Source: Arcobacter sp. LC1 (GTDB lineage: Bacteria; Campylobacterota; Campylobacteria; Campylobacterales; Arcobacteraceae). From it: a stretch of 64,000 bases of DNA. The notes below the pieces were generated by a model. That model had not been told where the DNA came from. It saw nothing but the letters and a program-made list of their open reading frames with translations, and searched no databases. The stretch is from contig JAACJU010000010.1 of NCBI GenBank assembly GCA_021378565.1, positions 3,627 to 67,626 of the forward strand, given 5' to 3'. The position numbers and the translations under genes were made by a program. Below are positions 17,684 to 25,835 of this stretch, piece after piece; the first letter of the stretch is position 1; every line of letters begins with the position of its first letter.

Positions 17684-18421
17684 ATGAAAGAAAATTTTGA
17701 TCAAGAATTGCTAAGTTCTAAAAAAATTGATACTAAACATTCAGAGCCCATTTTACATCAGATTTTAAGAATAGCAGTTTATGATGAGTATTTTGCCTAT
17801 GAGGCTTATTCAAAAGTTTTAGAGCAATTTGGGGCTATTGAGCCTTTTGTACAAATTGTAGAAAATGAAAAAAATCACTATGTTTTTTTGATAAAGCTTT
17901 TAGAAAAATACCAAGTGCCTGTGCCTATTAATGATTGGGCTTTAAAAATCACAATGCCTCAAAGTTTGCTTGAATGTGCTGAACTTGGAGTTGCAAGTGA
18001 GATAAATAATATAAGATTATATGATTATTTACTAGAATTTGCAGAAGAAGATGACGTAAAAGATGCCTTGTATTTTTTACAAGCAGCGTCTTATAATTAT
18101 CATTTACCAACTTTTAGAGCCTTAGTTTCAAAACTTTTTAACGAAGAAGAAACAAGCACGCAAGATTTTTCTTTAAATCAAGATGATTTATTAGCTAAGC
18201 TTCAGCAATTTCAAGAATTAGGAATTTCTCTTGCAAATGGAGAATTAGACCAAGATAAGCTAACAAAGCTTTTAAGCACTTTTAGCCCTTCATTTTTAGG
18301 TGGCTTAGTTCTTGGTGGAGCAGGAAGTTTTTTTGCTTCATCTATGATAAAAACAAGTGAAGAAGAACAAAAAGAAGATAATGATGAAGATGCAAGCGAG
18401 CAAGGTATTGACAAAAATTAG
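17684..18421 (+). CDS. ferritin-like (DUF2202-type di-iron) domain protein with a C-terminal GxxxG membrane segment and acidic tail
   Basis: Candidate di-iron ligand contexts: YDEYFAYEAY, ENEKNH (ExxH), ASEINN, SYNYH. C-terminal FLGGLVLGGAGSFFASSMI is followed by EEEQKEDNDEDASE. Confidence 0.6.
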   Translation: MKENFDQELLSSKKIDTKHSEPILHQILRIAVYDEYFAYEAYSKVLEQFGAIEPFVQIVENEKNHYVFLIKLLEKYQVPVPINDWALKITMPQSLLECAELGVASEINNIRLYDYLLEFAEEDDVKDALYFLQAASYNYHLPTFRALVSKLFNEEETSTQDFSLNQDDLLAKLQQFQELGISLANGELDQDKLTKLLSTFSPSFLGGLVLGGAGSFFASSMIKTSEEEQKEDNDEDASEQGIDKN

Positions 18422-18463
18422 TTAAATAAAACATAATATAACAAAATTAAATAAAGGATAAAT

Positions 18464-18709
18464 ATGTTTGGCTTTATAATTGGATTAGTTATTGGTGGTG
18501 GCGCTGTTGTTGCCTTGAAAAAAAATAAAGGTGGAGCAAAAGAAATCTTTGACAAGGCTAAAAAAGAGGCAAAAGATAAGCTTAAGCTTGGTAAGAAAAT
18601 TGCAAAAGATGTCAAAAAAGATATTAAAAAAAATATCTCTGAGTCTAAAAATGAGTCTAAGAATGAATCTAAAAAAGAAACTAAAATTAACGAAGAAAAA
18701 GGAGAATAA
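18464..18709 (+). CDS. small membrane protein: one GxxxG helix plus a Lys-rich tail
   Basis: MFGFIIGLVIGGGAVVAL followed by a K/E-rich tail. An RBS AAGGA is present. Three overlapping ORFs in other frames are treated as artefacts. Confidence 0.6.
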   Translation: MFGFIIGLVIGGGAVVALKKNKGGAKEIFDKAKKEAKDKLKLGKKIAKDVKKDIKKNISESKNESKNESKKETKINEEKGE

Positions 18710-18711
18710 AA

Positions 18712-19062
18712 ATGGCAAAATTTTCAATAAACACAGGAGAGCCTAGACATGTTTTCGGGCATTTTGTTAGCGGAGCCGTTGCTTGCGGAATTGCAAGTGC
18801 AACATTAAATTATAAAGATTATAAAAATAAAGAGTTAAGCACTAAGCAAATTTTAGTATCTACACTAAAAACTTCAGTAGAAGGTGGAGCGGTAACTGCA
18901 AGTGCAATAGCAGCTGCAAATTATCTAGGTAAGGGAAATATTTTAGGATTATTAGGAAGTGTATCTTTAGGACTTGCTAGTGTTTATGCAATAGAGCAAA
19001 TATCACAAAAATATCCTTGCAAAAAAGAAGATGAATTTTTAATAAAAAAAGAAGGAAAATAA
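18712..19062 (+). CDS. small Gly/Ala-rich two-helix membrane protein
   Basis: Strong RBS (AAGGAG). Hydrophobic segments FVSGAVACGIASATL and LGLLGSVSLGLASVYAI. Confidence 0.6.
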   Translation: MAKFSINTGEPRHVFGHFVSGAVACGIASATLNYKDYKNKELSTKQILVSTLKTSVEGGAVTASAIAAANYLGKGNILGLLGSVSLGLASVYAIEQISQKYPCKKEDEFLIKKEGK

Positions 19063-19063
19063 T

Positions 19064-19399
19064 ATGCATGATAATCCATACCAAACAGATATAGAAAATA
19101 CAAGAAAATTTAAAAAATCTCACAAAGGTTGTTCAAATCCTTATATAAAATCGAAACAAAATTATAGCCATAATGGCAAGAATTCTAAGCAAGATGGTTT
19201 TTTAGGTGGTTTTGATACTAATGGTTTTTTAAAAGGGGCATTAATTGGAGCTTCACTTACATTTCTTTTAACAAACGAAAAAGTGCAAAAAACACTATTT
19301 AAAACATTTGCAAAAGGCGGAAACCTTGTTCAAGCTGGAATTGAAGAAATGAAAGAACGAATAGAAGATGCAAAAGCAGAGCTTGAAACTAAGGAATAA
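19064..19399 (+). CDS. small membrane protein with a GxxxG-type helix and a C-terminal coiled/amphipathic segment (YtxH-like)
   Basis: The start lies 1 nt after the previous stop. FLGGFDTNGFLKGALIGASLTFLL is followed by AGIEEMKERIEDAKAELE. Confidence 0.55.
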   Translation: MHDNPYQTDIENTRKFKKSHKGCSNPYIKSKQNYSHNGKNSKQDGFLGGFDTNGFLKGALIGASLTFLLTNEKVQKTLFKTFAKGGNLVQAGIEEMKERIEDAKAELETKE

Positions 19400-19400
19400 A

Positions 19401-21545
19401 ATGCAAAAAGTAAGACTCTTACATTCTACTAATAATAGGGCTAGATTTTATTTTGGCTCTTTAAATAAGATTTTAAATATTAGTGAATTTATTTTTGATT
19501 TAGAAAAAAATAAAAAAATAAAAAAAGTAAGAATCAATAAAAAAGTTAAAAGTATAATCCTTATTTTTAAAGATTTAGAAATTTCTTTTTTGCAAGATTT
19601 ACTAGAAAATTTAGAAATTTCTAAATACTTATCTTCTGCAACTTTTTTGAGCCTAAACGAAACTTCAAGCAATGAAAATAAACCTTCTTTAAAAGAAGTT
19701 TATAAATCTTCAAGTGTAATGGCTTTAGTACCTTTGATAAAAAATGATTATGCAAAAATGTTTTTGACATCATTTGCTGTTAGACCTTTGTTAATTGATG
19801 GGTTTAAAGAATTTTTTAAACACGGCTTAACTTCAAGAGTGCTTGAAGCTACTGCTGTGGGTGTTTCTTTTGCAAGAAAGGATTATCTTGCGGCGAATTC
19901 TACAAATGCTTTACTTGAACTTGGAGAATATATAGAAGAAACTACAGTTCATAGAAGTGATGATTTGATAAAAGAATTAGCAAAACCAAATGTAGAAGAA
20001 GCTTGGATTGAAAAGACAAAAGATGGAAAAAAAATCCAAGAAAAAATAAAAACTGCATTACTTAAAGTAAGTGATATCGTTGTAGTTAGAACAGGCGATA
20101 CCATAGCAATTGATGGGCATATTATAAGTGGAAAAGCCCTTGTAAATCAAGTATCTATGACAGGTGAAGCGCAAAGTGTTGAAAAAAGCAGAGGCGATAG
20201 GGTAATTTCAGGAACTATTGTCACAGAAGGCACTATCAAAATATGGGCTGAACAAGTAGGTGATGATACGGCGACAGCTAGAATAAAAAACTATATTAAA
20301 AATTCTTTAGATGAAAAATCAAAAATAGGGCTAAAAGCAAGTAAATTAGCTGATAAATTAGTGCCGATTACTTTGGGCTTAGCAGGTTTTTCTTATCTGA
20401 TTTCAAGAGACTTTAAAAATGTAGCTTCTGTTTTACAAGCTGATTATTCTTGCGCTTTAAAACTTGCAACTCCAGTTGCATTTAAAGCTTCTATTTCTCA
20501 AGCTGGAAGAAATGGCGCTATGATTAAAGGGGCAAAATCTATTGAAAATCTAGCCCTTGCTGATACTTTTGTTTTTGATAAAACGGGAACTTTAACTAAG
20601 GGGCAATTATTAGTTGAGTCTGTTTTGTCTTTTGATAAAAATTGGAGCGAAGAAGAGCTTCTTAATCTAAGTGCTTCAGCTGAAGAGCATTATTTTCACC
20701 CTGTGGCTGAAGCTATTGTAAATGCTGCTAAAAATCAAGGTTTTGTGCATATGCACCATGAAGAAGTAGAATTTATAGTTGCGCATGGAGTAAAAACTAG
20801 TGTGAAAGACAAAGAAGTAATTATCGGAAGTAGGCACTTTTTAGAAGATGATGAAAAAATTGATTTTTCTAAATATGATGAACAGATTAAAAAACTTCTT
20901 GTTAATGGAAATATGGTTTTATATGTGGGCTATGGTAAAAAACTTTTAGGAATTATTAGCTTAAAAGACACGCTAAGAGAAAATGCCAAAGAAAGTATTA
21001 TAAAACTAAAATCGCTTGGTGTTAAAGAAATTATTATGATAACAGGAGATATAGAAAGCAAGGCAAAAGAAATCGCTGATGAGCTTGGCATCGATAAATA
21101 TTACGCAAATGTTTTACCCACACAAAAAGCCAAAATTGTAAAAGACTTAAAAGATGAAGGCAAAAATGTAGCTTTTATAGGAGACGGCATAAACGACGCA
21201 CCTGCTTTAATTAGTGCAAATGTTGGGATTTCTATGCACAAAGGTGCAGATATTGCCAAGGCGACAGCTGATATTGGACTTTTAAAAGATGATATTGCTT
21301 TGGTAGCTGAGCTAAAAGAATTGTCAAATAAAACGCTAAGTAGAATTAATAGAAATTTTAAGGCTACAGTTGGCATCAATAGTCTTATTTTATTTAGTGC
21401 TACACTTGGAGTTTTAAATCCTATTTCAACAGCTGTACTTCATAATGGTACAACTATTGCACTTTTGATTAACTCTTTAAGAAAAATAAATATTGATAAT
21501 GCAAACAATACAAATAATCCAAATAAAAAAGCAAAGAAAGCATAA
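19401..21545 (+). CDS. P1B-type heavy-metal ATPase, P1B-6-like (FezB-like)
   Basis: DKTGTLT (FVFDKTGTLT), TGE (MTGEAQ), MITGD, GDGINDAPAL. The TM4 motif is SCA (ADYSCALKLATP) instead of CPx. The last TM has HNGTT. There is no CxxC metal-binding domain. The start is moved to ATG 19401 (RBS AAGGAA, 1 nt after the upstream stop) rather than the track start 19368. Confidence 0.85.
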   Translation: MQKVRLLHSTNNRARFYFGSLNKILNISEFIFDLEKNKKIKKVRINKKVKSIILIFKDLEISFLQDLLENLEISKYLSSATFLSLNETSSNENKPSLKEVYKSSSVMALVPLIKNDYAKMFLTSFAVRPLLIDGFKEFFKHGLTSRVLEATAVGVSFARKDYLAANSTNALLELGEYIEETTVHRSDDLIKELAKPNVEEAWIEKTKDGKKIQEKIKTALLKVSDIVVVRTGDTIAIDGHIISGKALVNQVSMTGEAQSVEKSRGDRVISGTIVTEGTIKIWAEQVGDDTATARIKNYIKNSLDEKSKIGLKASKLADKLVPITLGLAGFSYLISRDFKNVASVLQADYSCALKLATPVAFKASISQAGRNGAMIKGAKSIENLALADTFVFDKTGTLTKGQLLVESVLSFDKNWSEEELLNLSASAEEHYFHPVAEAIVNAAKNQGFVHMHHEEVEFIVAHGVKTSVKDKEVIIGSRHFLEDDEKIDFSKYDEQIKKLLVNGNMVLYVGYGKKLLGIISLKDTLRENAKESIIKLKSLGVKEIIMITGDIESKAKEIADELGIDKYYANVLPTQKAKIVKDLKDEGKNVAFIGDGINDAPALISANVGISMHKGADIAKATADIGLLKDDIALVAELKELSNKTLSRINRNFKATVGINSLILFSATLGVLNPISTAVLHNGTTIALLINSLRKINIDNANNTNNPNKKAKKA

Positions 21546-21796
21546 TGGATAAAACAATAAAAGCTAAAACTAATTTAGAAACAAAAAAAGAATTAGCAAA
21601 AATAGGAATGAGTGTTTCCATGGGCTTAACTGTGCTAAGCTCTTTTTCTATGAAATCAAAAACTATGAAAAATATCCATTTAGGCGCTGGAGTTGCTCTT
21701 GTTGGATTTTCTTTTTGGCACTATGCTTTGTATGAAAAAGATAAGAAAATTAAACCAAGTAAATTAGACAAACTAGACAAAATAAAAAAGCCTTAA
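21545..21796 (+). CDS. small two-helix membrane protein, last gene of the fez-like operon
   Basis: Its ATG overlaps the ATPase stop (TAATG). Hydrophobic segments IGMSVSMGLTVLSSF and LGAGVALVGFSFWHYAL. Confidence 0.55.
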   Translation: MDKTIKAKTNLETKKELAKIGMSVSMGLTVLSSFSMKSKTMKNIHLGAGVALVGFSFWHYALYEKDKKIKPSKLDKLDKIKKP

Positions 21797-21949
21797 GAAA
21801 ATATCTTCAAAATTTTTAAAAAACTATAAACCCAATAAAACTAATAAACAAAAATCCAAAAGCCTTAACTTGACTTTAAGTTAAAATTTGCAAGTATTAG
21901 AAGTATTTAATAAAAATTATAATAATTCTAAGACTAGAAAAGGCAGAAA

Positions 21950-22252
21950 ATGAAAAATCTATTATTAGTTATATCAGCAATATTATTTTTAAGTGGGTGC
22001 AATTTTGATTATTTAAAATCAGGTAAAGAATTAAAAAAAGAAATTAGTCAAATTAAAAAAAGAGACCCGTATGGCTTTGATGGCGAATTAGATAAAAAGT
22101 TAGCTAGTTTGCAAAAGGCTTTTTATAATACTGCTGAGGGTAAAGCTCAGCTAAAAGCAAACAAAATACATAATGACAAGATATATAAACAAATAGTAAA
22201 AGACTCAAAGCTAAGCCCTGAAGCTAAAAAATGGTGGGCGGAAAGAGAATAA
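21950..22252 (+). CDS. small lipoprotein
   Basis: Signal peptide with a lipobox: MKNLLLVISAILFLSGC. Confidence 0.7.
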   Translation: MKNLLLVISAILFLSGCNFDYLKSGKELKKEISQIKKRDPYGFDGELDKKLASLQKAFYNTAEGKAQLKANKIHNDKIYKQIVKDSKLSPEAKKWWAERE

Positions 22253-22572
22253 ATAAATTTTAAGGAGTAAGAAGATGAAAGGATTTAAAGAATAATTATA
22301 AAAGAACAAGCTAGAAAAATCCGCACAAAATTAGCTAAAAATACTAAAGATAATTTATAAATTTAGTAAGTGGTATGCTTGCACATAATTATAAAACTAA
22401 TAAAGTTATTAGAATAAAGCAAAAATTCTCATGATAGTGGAGTATTCACCTTATAGTTGCAAAATATTTAAAAGATATAAAATCTATTTGACTAGATTTT
22501 AAACATTGAGTCGAGTTTTTAAAATCAAAGATATTAAGTACAATATTTATAGAAATACGTTATAATATCTTT

Positions 22573-22655
22573 GAGTTTGGTAAACTAACTCCGTTAGATT
22601 GATTATCTAACATTTATGAGAGTAAAAAGCAGGGCTTAGGCTCTGCTTTTTTTTG
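22573..22655 (+). ncRNA. candidate small RNA (about 83 nt), or the structured 5' leader of the downstream mini-ORF
   Basis: TATAAT at 22561-22566. Internal hairpins CTAAC-tcc-GTTAG and TTAGAT-tgat-ATCTAA. Ends in a strong intrinsic terminator at 22628-22655. No ORF lies between 22253 and 22706. Confidence 0.35.
22628..22655. terminator. bidirectional Rho-independent terminator
   Basis: AGCAGGGC-ttag-GCTCTGCT (8-bp stem with one G-U pair), followed by T8 on the plus strand and preceded by A5 (T5 on the minus strand). Confidence 0.75.
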
Positions 22656-22706
22656 CTTTTTTTAGCGGGTTAGTGAGGGTGGGACTTTTGTAAAAGGAGG
22701 TTTATT

Positions 22707-22787
22707 ATGAAGAAGTTTACCAAACTAAAAAACTTCATAATTACAATATTTATTATTTTTTTTGTTCTAGTAACAAAATTATTTTAA
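22707..22787 (+). CDS. 26-aa hydrophobic peptide, candidate type I toxin
   Basis: Below the ORF-track size cutoff. AAAGGAGG Shine-Dalgarno 6 nt upstream of the ATG. Peptide MKKFTKLKNFIITIFIIFFVLVTKLF (basic N-terminus, one TM helix). A terminator hairpin follows. Confidence 0.4.
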   Translation: MKKFTKLKNFIITIFIIFFVLVTKLF

Positions 22788-22793
22788 ATATTA

Positions 22794-22817
22794 GGGGGAG
22801 ATTAATCACCTCCCTTT
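22794..22817 (+). terminator. hairpin plus T-run downstream of the mini-ORF
   Basis: GGGAG-attaatcac-CTCCC followed by TTTT. Confidence 0.45.
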
Positions 22818-23108
22818 TATCTCTCAAATTCTTTTTTTGCTATTATAAAAGCTTTAATAGCTTTTTGAAATTTGGTATATTTTTAACTAATTATGCAAAA
22901 ATATTTTTTCATAAATTTTGCAAATAACATAAATAAAGAGACAGAAAAGAAATAAAAAGAACTTTAAAAACTTAAAAAAAGATATAATAAATAAAATTTT
23001 TACTAAATTTTTGTTTTATATCATAAATAAATTCATCTTAATGCTTAGTTTGTTTCCTTATCATAAGGATATAAAATAAGTAAATTAAAGATAAAAAGCC
23101 CAATATTG

Positions 23109-23137
23109 TTGACATTTCTAAATAAATAAGCTAAAAT
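23109..23137 (+). promoter_or_regulatory. sigma70-type promoter of the S10 operon
   Basis: TTGACA (23109-23114), a 17-nt spacer, then TAAAAT (23132-23137), about 64 nt upstream of the rpsJ ATG. Confidence 0.6.
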
Positions 23138-23200
23138 CCACACTCACTTAAAATGTTCAAAAGCACTTTTGCTATTTGACGAGTTCTTTAAAGGAAAAAA

Positions 23201-23515
23201 ATGGAAAAGATTAGACTTAAGTTAAAAGCCTATGACCACAGAGTATTAGATAGATCAGTTGCTTCTATTGTTGAAGCTGTAAAAAGAACTGGTGCTCAAT
23301 TAAGAGGACCAATTCCACTTCCAACTAAGATTAGAAGATATACTGTAATAAGAGGTCCTCATGTAAATAAGGATTCACGAGAGCAGTTTGAGATTAGAGT
23401 TCATTCAAGAGTTATTGATATAGTGGCCGCTACTCCTGATACTGTCGATTCTTTGATGAAACTTGACCTTGCACCTGAGGTTGATGTTGAAGTAAGATCA
23501 ATGGGTAAGGAATAG
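23201..23515 (+). CDS. rpsJ: 30S ribosomal protein S10
   Basis: [20 protein letters not shown]...[24 protein letters not shown] is a conserved S10 sequence. First gene of the cluster. Confidence 0.97.
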   Translation: MEKIRLKLKAYDHRVLDRSVASIVEAVKRTGAQLRGPIPLPTKIRRYTVIRGPHVNKDSREQFEIRVHSRVIDIVAATPDTVDSLMKLDLAPEVDVEVRSMGKE

Positions 23516-23518
23516 AAC

Positions 23519-24097
23519 ATGGAATATATAGTAGAAAAAATAGGAATGAGTAGAACTGTTAATACTTCTAGTACAGCTGTAACCTTAGTTAAAGTTCTTG
23601 ATGTAAAAGTTCTTGATATACAAGAAAAAGGCACTGCATTTGTAGCATACAGCAGAGGTAAAAACTTTAATAAAACTATTGAAGGACAGCAAAAAAAATA
23701 TAATCTAAGTAAAGAATTTAATAATTTTGCTACTTTAAAAGTAAACAATACTGAAGCTGGGGATTTAGATACTTCACTTCTTGCATCTGCAAAAGTATTA
23801 AAAACTTCTTTTAATTCAAAAGGTAGAGGTTTTACAGGTGTTATGAAAAGATGGAATTTTGCAGGTGGACCAGGTGGACACGGTTCAAGATTTCACAGAG
23901 CTCCAGGTTCGATTGGTAACTGCGAATGGCCAGGACGAGTTCAACCAGGTAAAAAAATGCCAGGACAATATGGAAATACAAAAATATCAGTTAAAAATGA
24001 AGTTATTTCATTTGATGACAAAAGTGGTATTTTAGTTCTAAAAGGTTGCGTTTCAGGACCTAATGGAGCATTAGGAAGAGTAAGGATTGCTAAATGA
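23519..24097 (+). CDS. rplC: 50S ribosomal protein L3
   Basis: Operon position. [22 protein letters not shown] is the L3 signature region. Confidence 0.95.
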   Translation: MEYIVEKIGMSRTVNTSSTAVTLVKVLDVKVLDIQEKGTAFVAYSRGKNFNKTIEGQQKKYNLSKEFNNFATLKVNNTEAGDLDTSLLASAKVLKTSFNSKGRGFTGVMKRWNFAGGPGGHGSRFHRAPGSIGNCEWPGRVQPGKKMPGQYGNTKISVKNEVISFDDKSGILVLKGCVSGPNGALGRVRIAK

Positions 24098-24705
24098 ATA
24101 AAGCTATAATTTTAAATGATAAATTTGAAAATAACGGCGAACTAAAACTCCCAGAAGCTTTTGAGGGTATTAATTCGCATAATTTATATTTATATGTTAA
24201 ATCATATTTATCAGCTCAAAGAGCAAATACAGCAAGAGTAAAAAATCGTTCCGAAGTAAGAGGTGGTGGTAAAAAACCTAAGGCTCAAAAAGGAAGCGGT
24301 GGTGCTAGATGGGGTTCTATGCGTTCACCTTTATTTGTAGGTGGTGGTCAAATTTTTGGACCTAGCAAAAGAAACTATGAGCAAAAAGTTAATAAAAAAC
24401 AAAAAGTTTTGGCTTTAAAATATGCTATTAACGCTCAAGCAAAAAGAGGAAGCTTATTTGTAAGCGATACAATAAAAGTTGAGTCATCTAAAACAAAAGA
24501 TGCTATTAGTATTTTGGCAAAATTAAACAAAAGAGATACATTAATAATAGTTGATACAATTGATGAAAAAACATATTTAGCGTTTAGAAATATAAAAAAT
24601 TGTTATTTAATCGAAAAGCAAGAAGTTAACGCCTATGTAATTTCAGCTTATTACTCAGTACTTTTTGAAAAATCAGTACTTGATAGTTTAACACAAGAGG
24701 TATAA
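24094..24705 (+). CDS. rplD: 50S ribosomal protein L4
   Basis: Operon position. [23 protein letters not shown] is the L4 motif. Confidence 0.95.
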   Translation: MNKAIILNDKFENNGELKLPEAFEGINSHNLYLYVKSYLSAQRANTARVKNRSEVRGGGKKPKAQKGSGGARWGSMRSPLFVGGGQIFGPSKRNYEQKVNKKQKVLALKYAINAQAKRGSLFVSDTIKVESSKTKDAISILAKLNKRDTLIIVDTIDEKTYLAFRNIKNCYLIEKQEVNAYVISAYYSVLFEKSVLDSLTQEV

Positions 24706-24706
24706 A

Positions 24707-24988
24707 ATGGCAGATATTACTGATATTAAATCAATCCTTTATACAGAGAAGACAATTGAACTGCAAGAAAGCGGTGTTGTGGTAGTCCAAACAAGTACTA
24801 GAATGACTAAAAATGGATTAAGAGAAGTTTTCAAAGAGTATTTTGGGGTAAGTCCTTTAAAAATAAATTCTTTAAGACAAAGTGGAAAGGTCAAAAAATT
24901 CAAGGGAAAACTTGGAAAAAGACCTGACTTTAAAAAGTTTTATGTAACTTTACCAGAGGGCGCGGAAATCGCTAGCCTGTCAGCTTAA
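24707..24988 (+). CDS. rplW: 50S ribosomal protein L23
   Basis: Operon position and size (93 aa). ILYTEKT is an L23-like N-terminus. Confidence 0.93.
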   Translation: MADITDIKSILYTEKTIELQESGVVVVQTSTRMTKNGLREVFKEYFGVSPLKINSLRQSGKVKKFKGKLGKRPDFKKFYVTLPEGAEIASLSA

Positions 24989-24997
24989 GGAGAGAAA

Positions 24998-25825
24998 ATG
25001 GCAATTAAAAAATTTAGACCTATAACTCCAGCTAGAAGATTTATGTCTGTTATGGATACTTCAGATATAACTTCAAAGCCAAGCGTTAGAGCTCTTTTAA
25101 AAAGAGTAAAAGCAAGTGCTGGTAGAAATAACAACGGAAGAATTACCTCAAGACATAGAGAAGCTGGGGCAAAAAAACTTTATAGAATCATAGATTTTAA
25201 AAGAAATAAATTTGGAATCGAAGGTGTAGTTAGCACTATTGAATATGACCCTTATAGAAATTGTAGAATTTGTCTTATTACTTATAGAGATGGTGATAAA
25301 AGATATATTCTTCAACCAAGTGGTTTAAAAGTTGGTGATAAAGTAAATGCAGCTGAGTCTGGACTTGATATTTTACCTGCAAATGCTATGCAACTTATTG
25401 GTATTCCAATAGGAACAATGGTTCATAATATTGAGATGAAGCCTGGAAAAGGTGGACAAATCGCTAGAAGTGCTGGTGGTTATGCTCAGATTATGGGTAG
25501 AGAAGATAAATATGTAATTTTAAGACTACCTAGTGGAGAGATGAGAAAAATCTTAGGTGTTTGTATGGCTACTATTGGAATCGTTGGAAATGAAGATTTT
25601 TCTAATATGGTTGTAGGAAAAGCTGGTAGAAGTAGGCATTTAGGAATTAGACCGCAAACTAGGGGTTCAGCGATGAATCCAATAGATCACCCACATGGTG
25701 GTGGTGAAGGTAAAACAAATTCTGGAAGACATCCCGTAACTCCTTGGGGTATGCCAACTAAAGGTTATAAAACTAGAAAGAAAAAAGCTAGTGATAAACT
25801 TATTATTTCAAAAAGAAAAAAGTAA
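24998..25825 (+). CDS. rplB: 50S ribosomal protein L2
   Basis: [15 protein letters not shown]... and [18 protein letters not shown] are L2 signatures. Confidence 0.97.
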   Translation: MAIKKFRPITPARRFMSVMDTSDITSKPSVRALLKRVKASAGRNNNGRITSRHREAGAKKLYRIIDFKRNKFGIEGVVSTIEYDPYRNCRICLITYRDGDKRYILQPSGLKVGDKVNAAESGLDILPANAMQLIGIPIGTMVHNIEMKPGKGGQIARSAGGYAQIMGREDKYVILRLPSGEMRKILGVCMATIGIVGNEDFSNMVVGKAGRSRHLGIRPQTRGSAMNPIDHPHGGGEGKTNSGRHPVTPWGMPTKGYKTRKKKASDKLIISKRKK

Positions 25826-25835
25826 GGTAGGATAG

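Larger units (their letters stand above)
22622..22835 (-). ncRNA. candidate antisense RNA covering the mini-ORF (putative type I antitoxin)
   Basis: The minus strand reads TTTTATAAT (-10 at 22847..22842). The transcript would run through the complement of the mini-ORF and its SD, then reach the minus-strand face of the 22628-22655 terminator (stem followed by T5). Confidence 0.3.

Noticed and set aside
18418-18746. Three extra ORFs overlapping the 81-aa Lys-rich gene (18418-18615 minus, 18485-18727 minus, 18531-18746 plus)
   Set aside because: They are low-complexity frames created by the AAG/AAA-rich sequence, with no RBS. The 18464-18709 frame has an RBS and a TM helix and fits the operon spacing.
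19368-19400. Longer N-terminus for the ATPase (track start 19368)
   Set aside because: It overlaps the 3' end of the preceding gene in another frame and has no RBS. ATG 19401 has AAGGAA upstream and follows the stop by 1 nt.
22275-22360. Mini-ORF MKGFKE* with a good AAGGAG RBS, followed out of frame by IIIKEQARKIRTKLAKNTKDNL*
   Set aside because: It is too short and needs a frameshift to make even about 29 aa. It could be a decayed small gene, but there is no supporting structure or motif.
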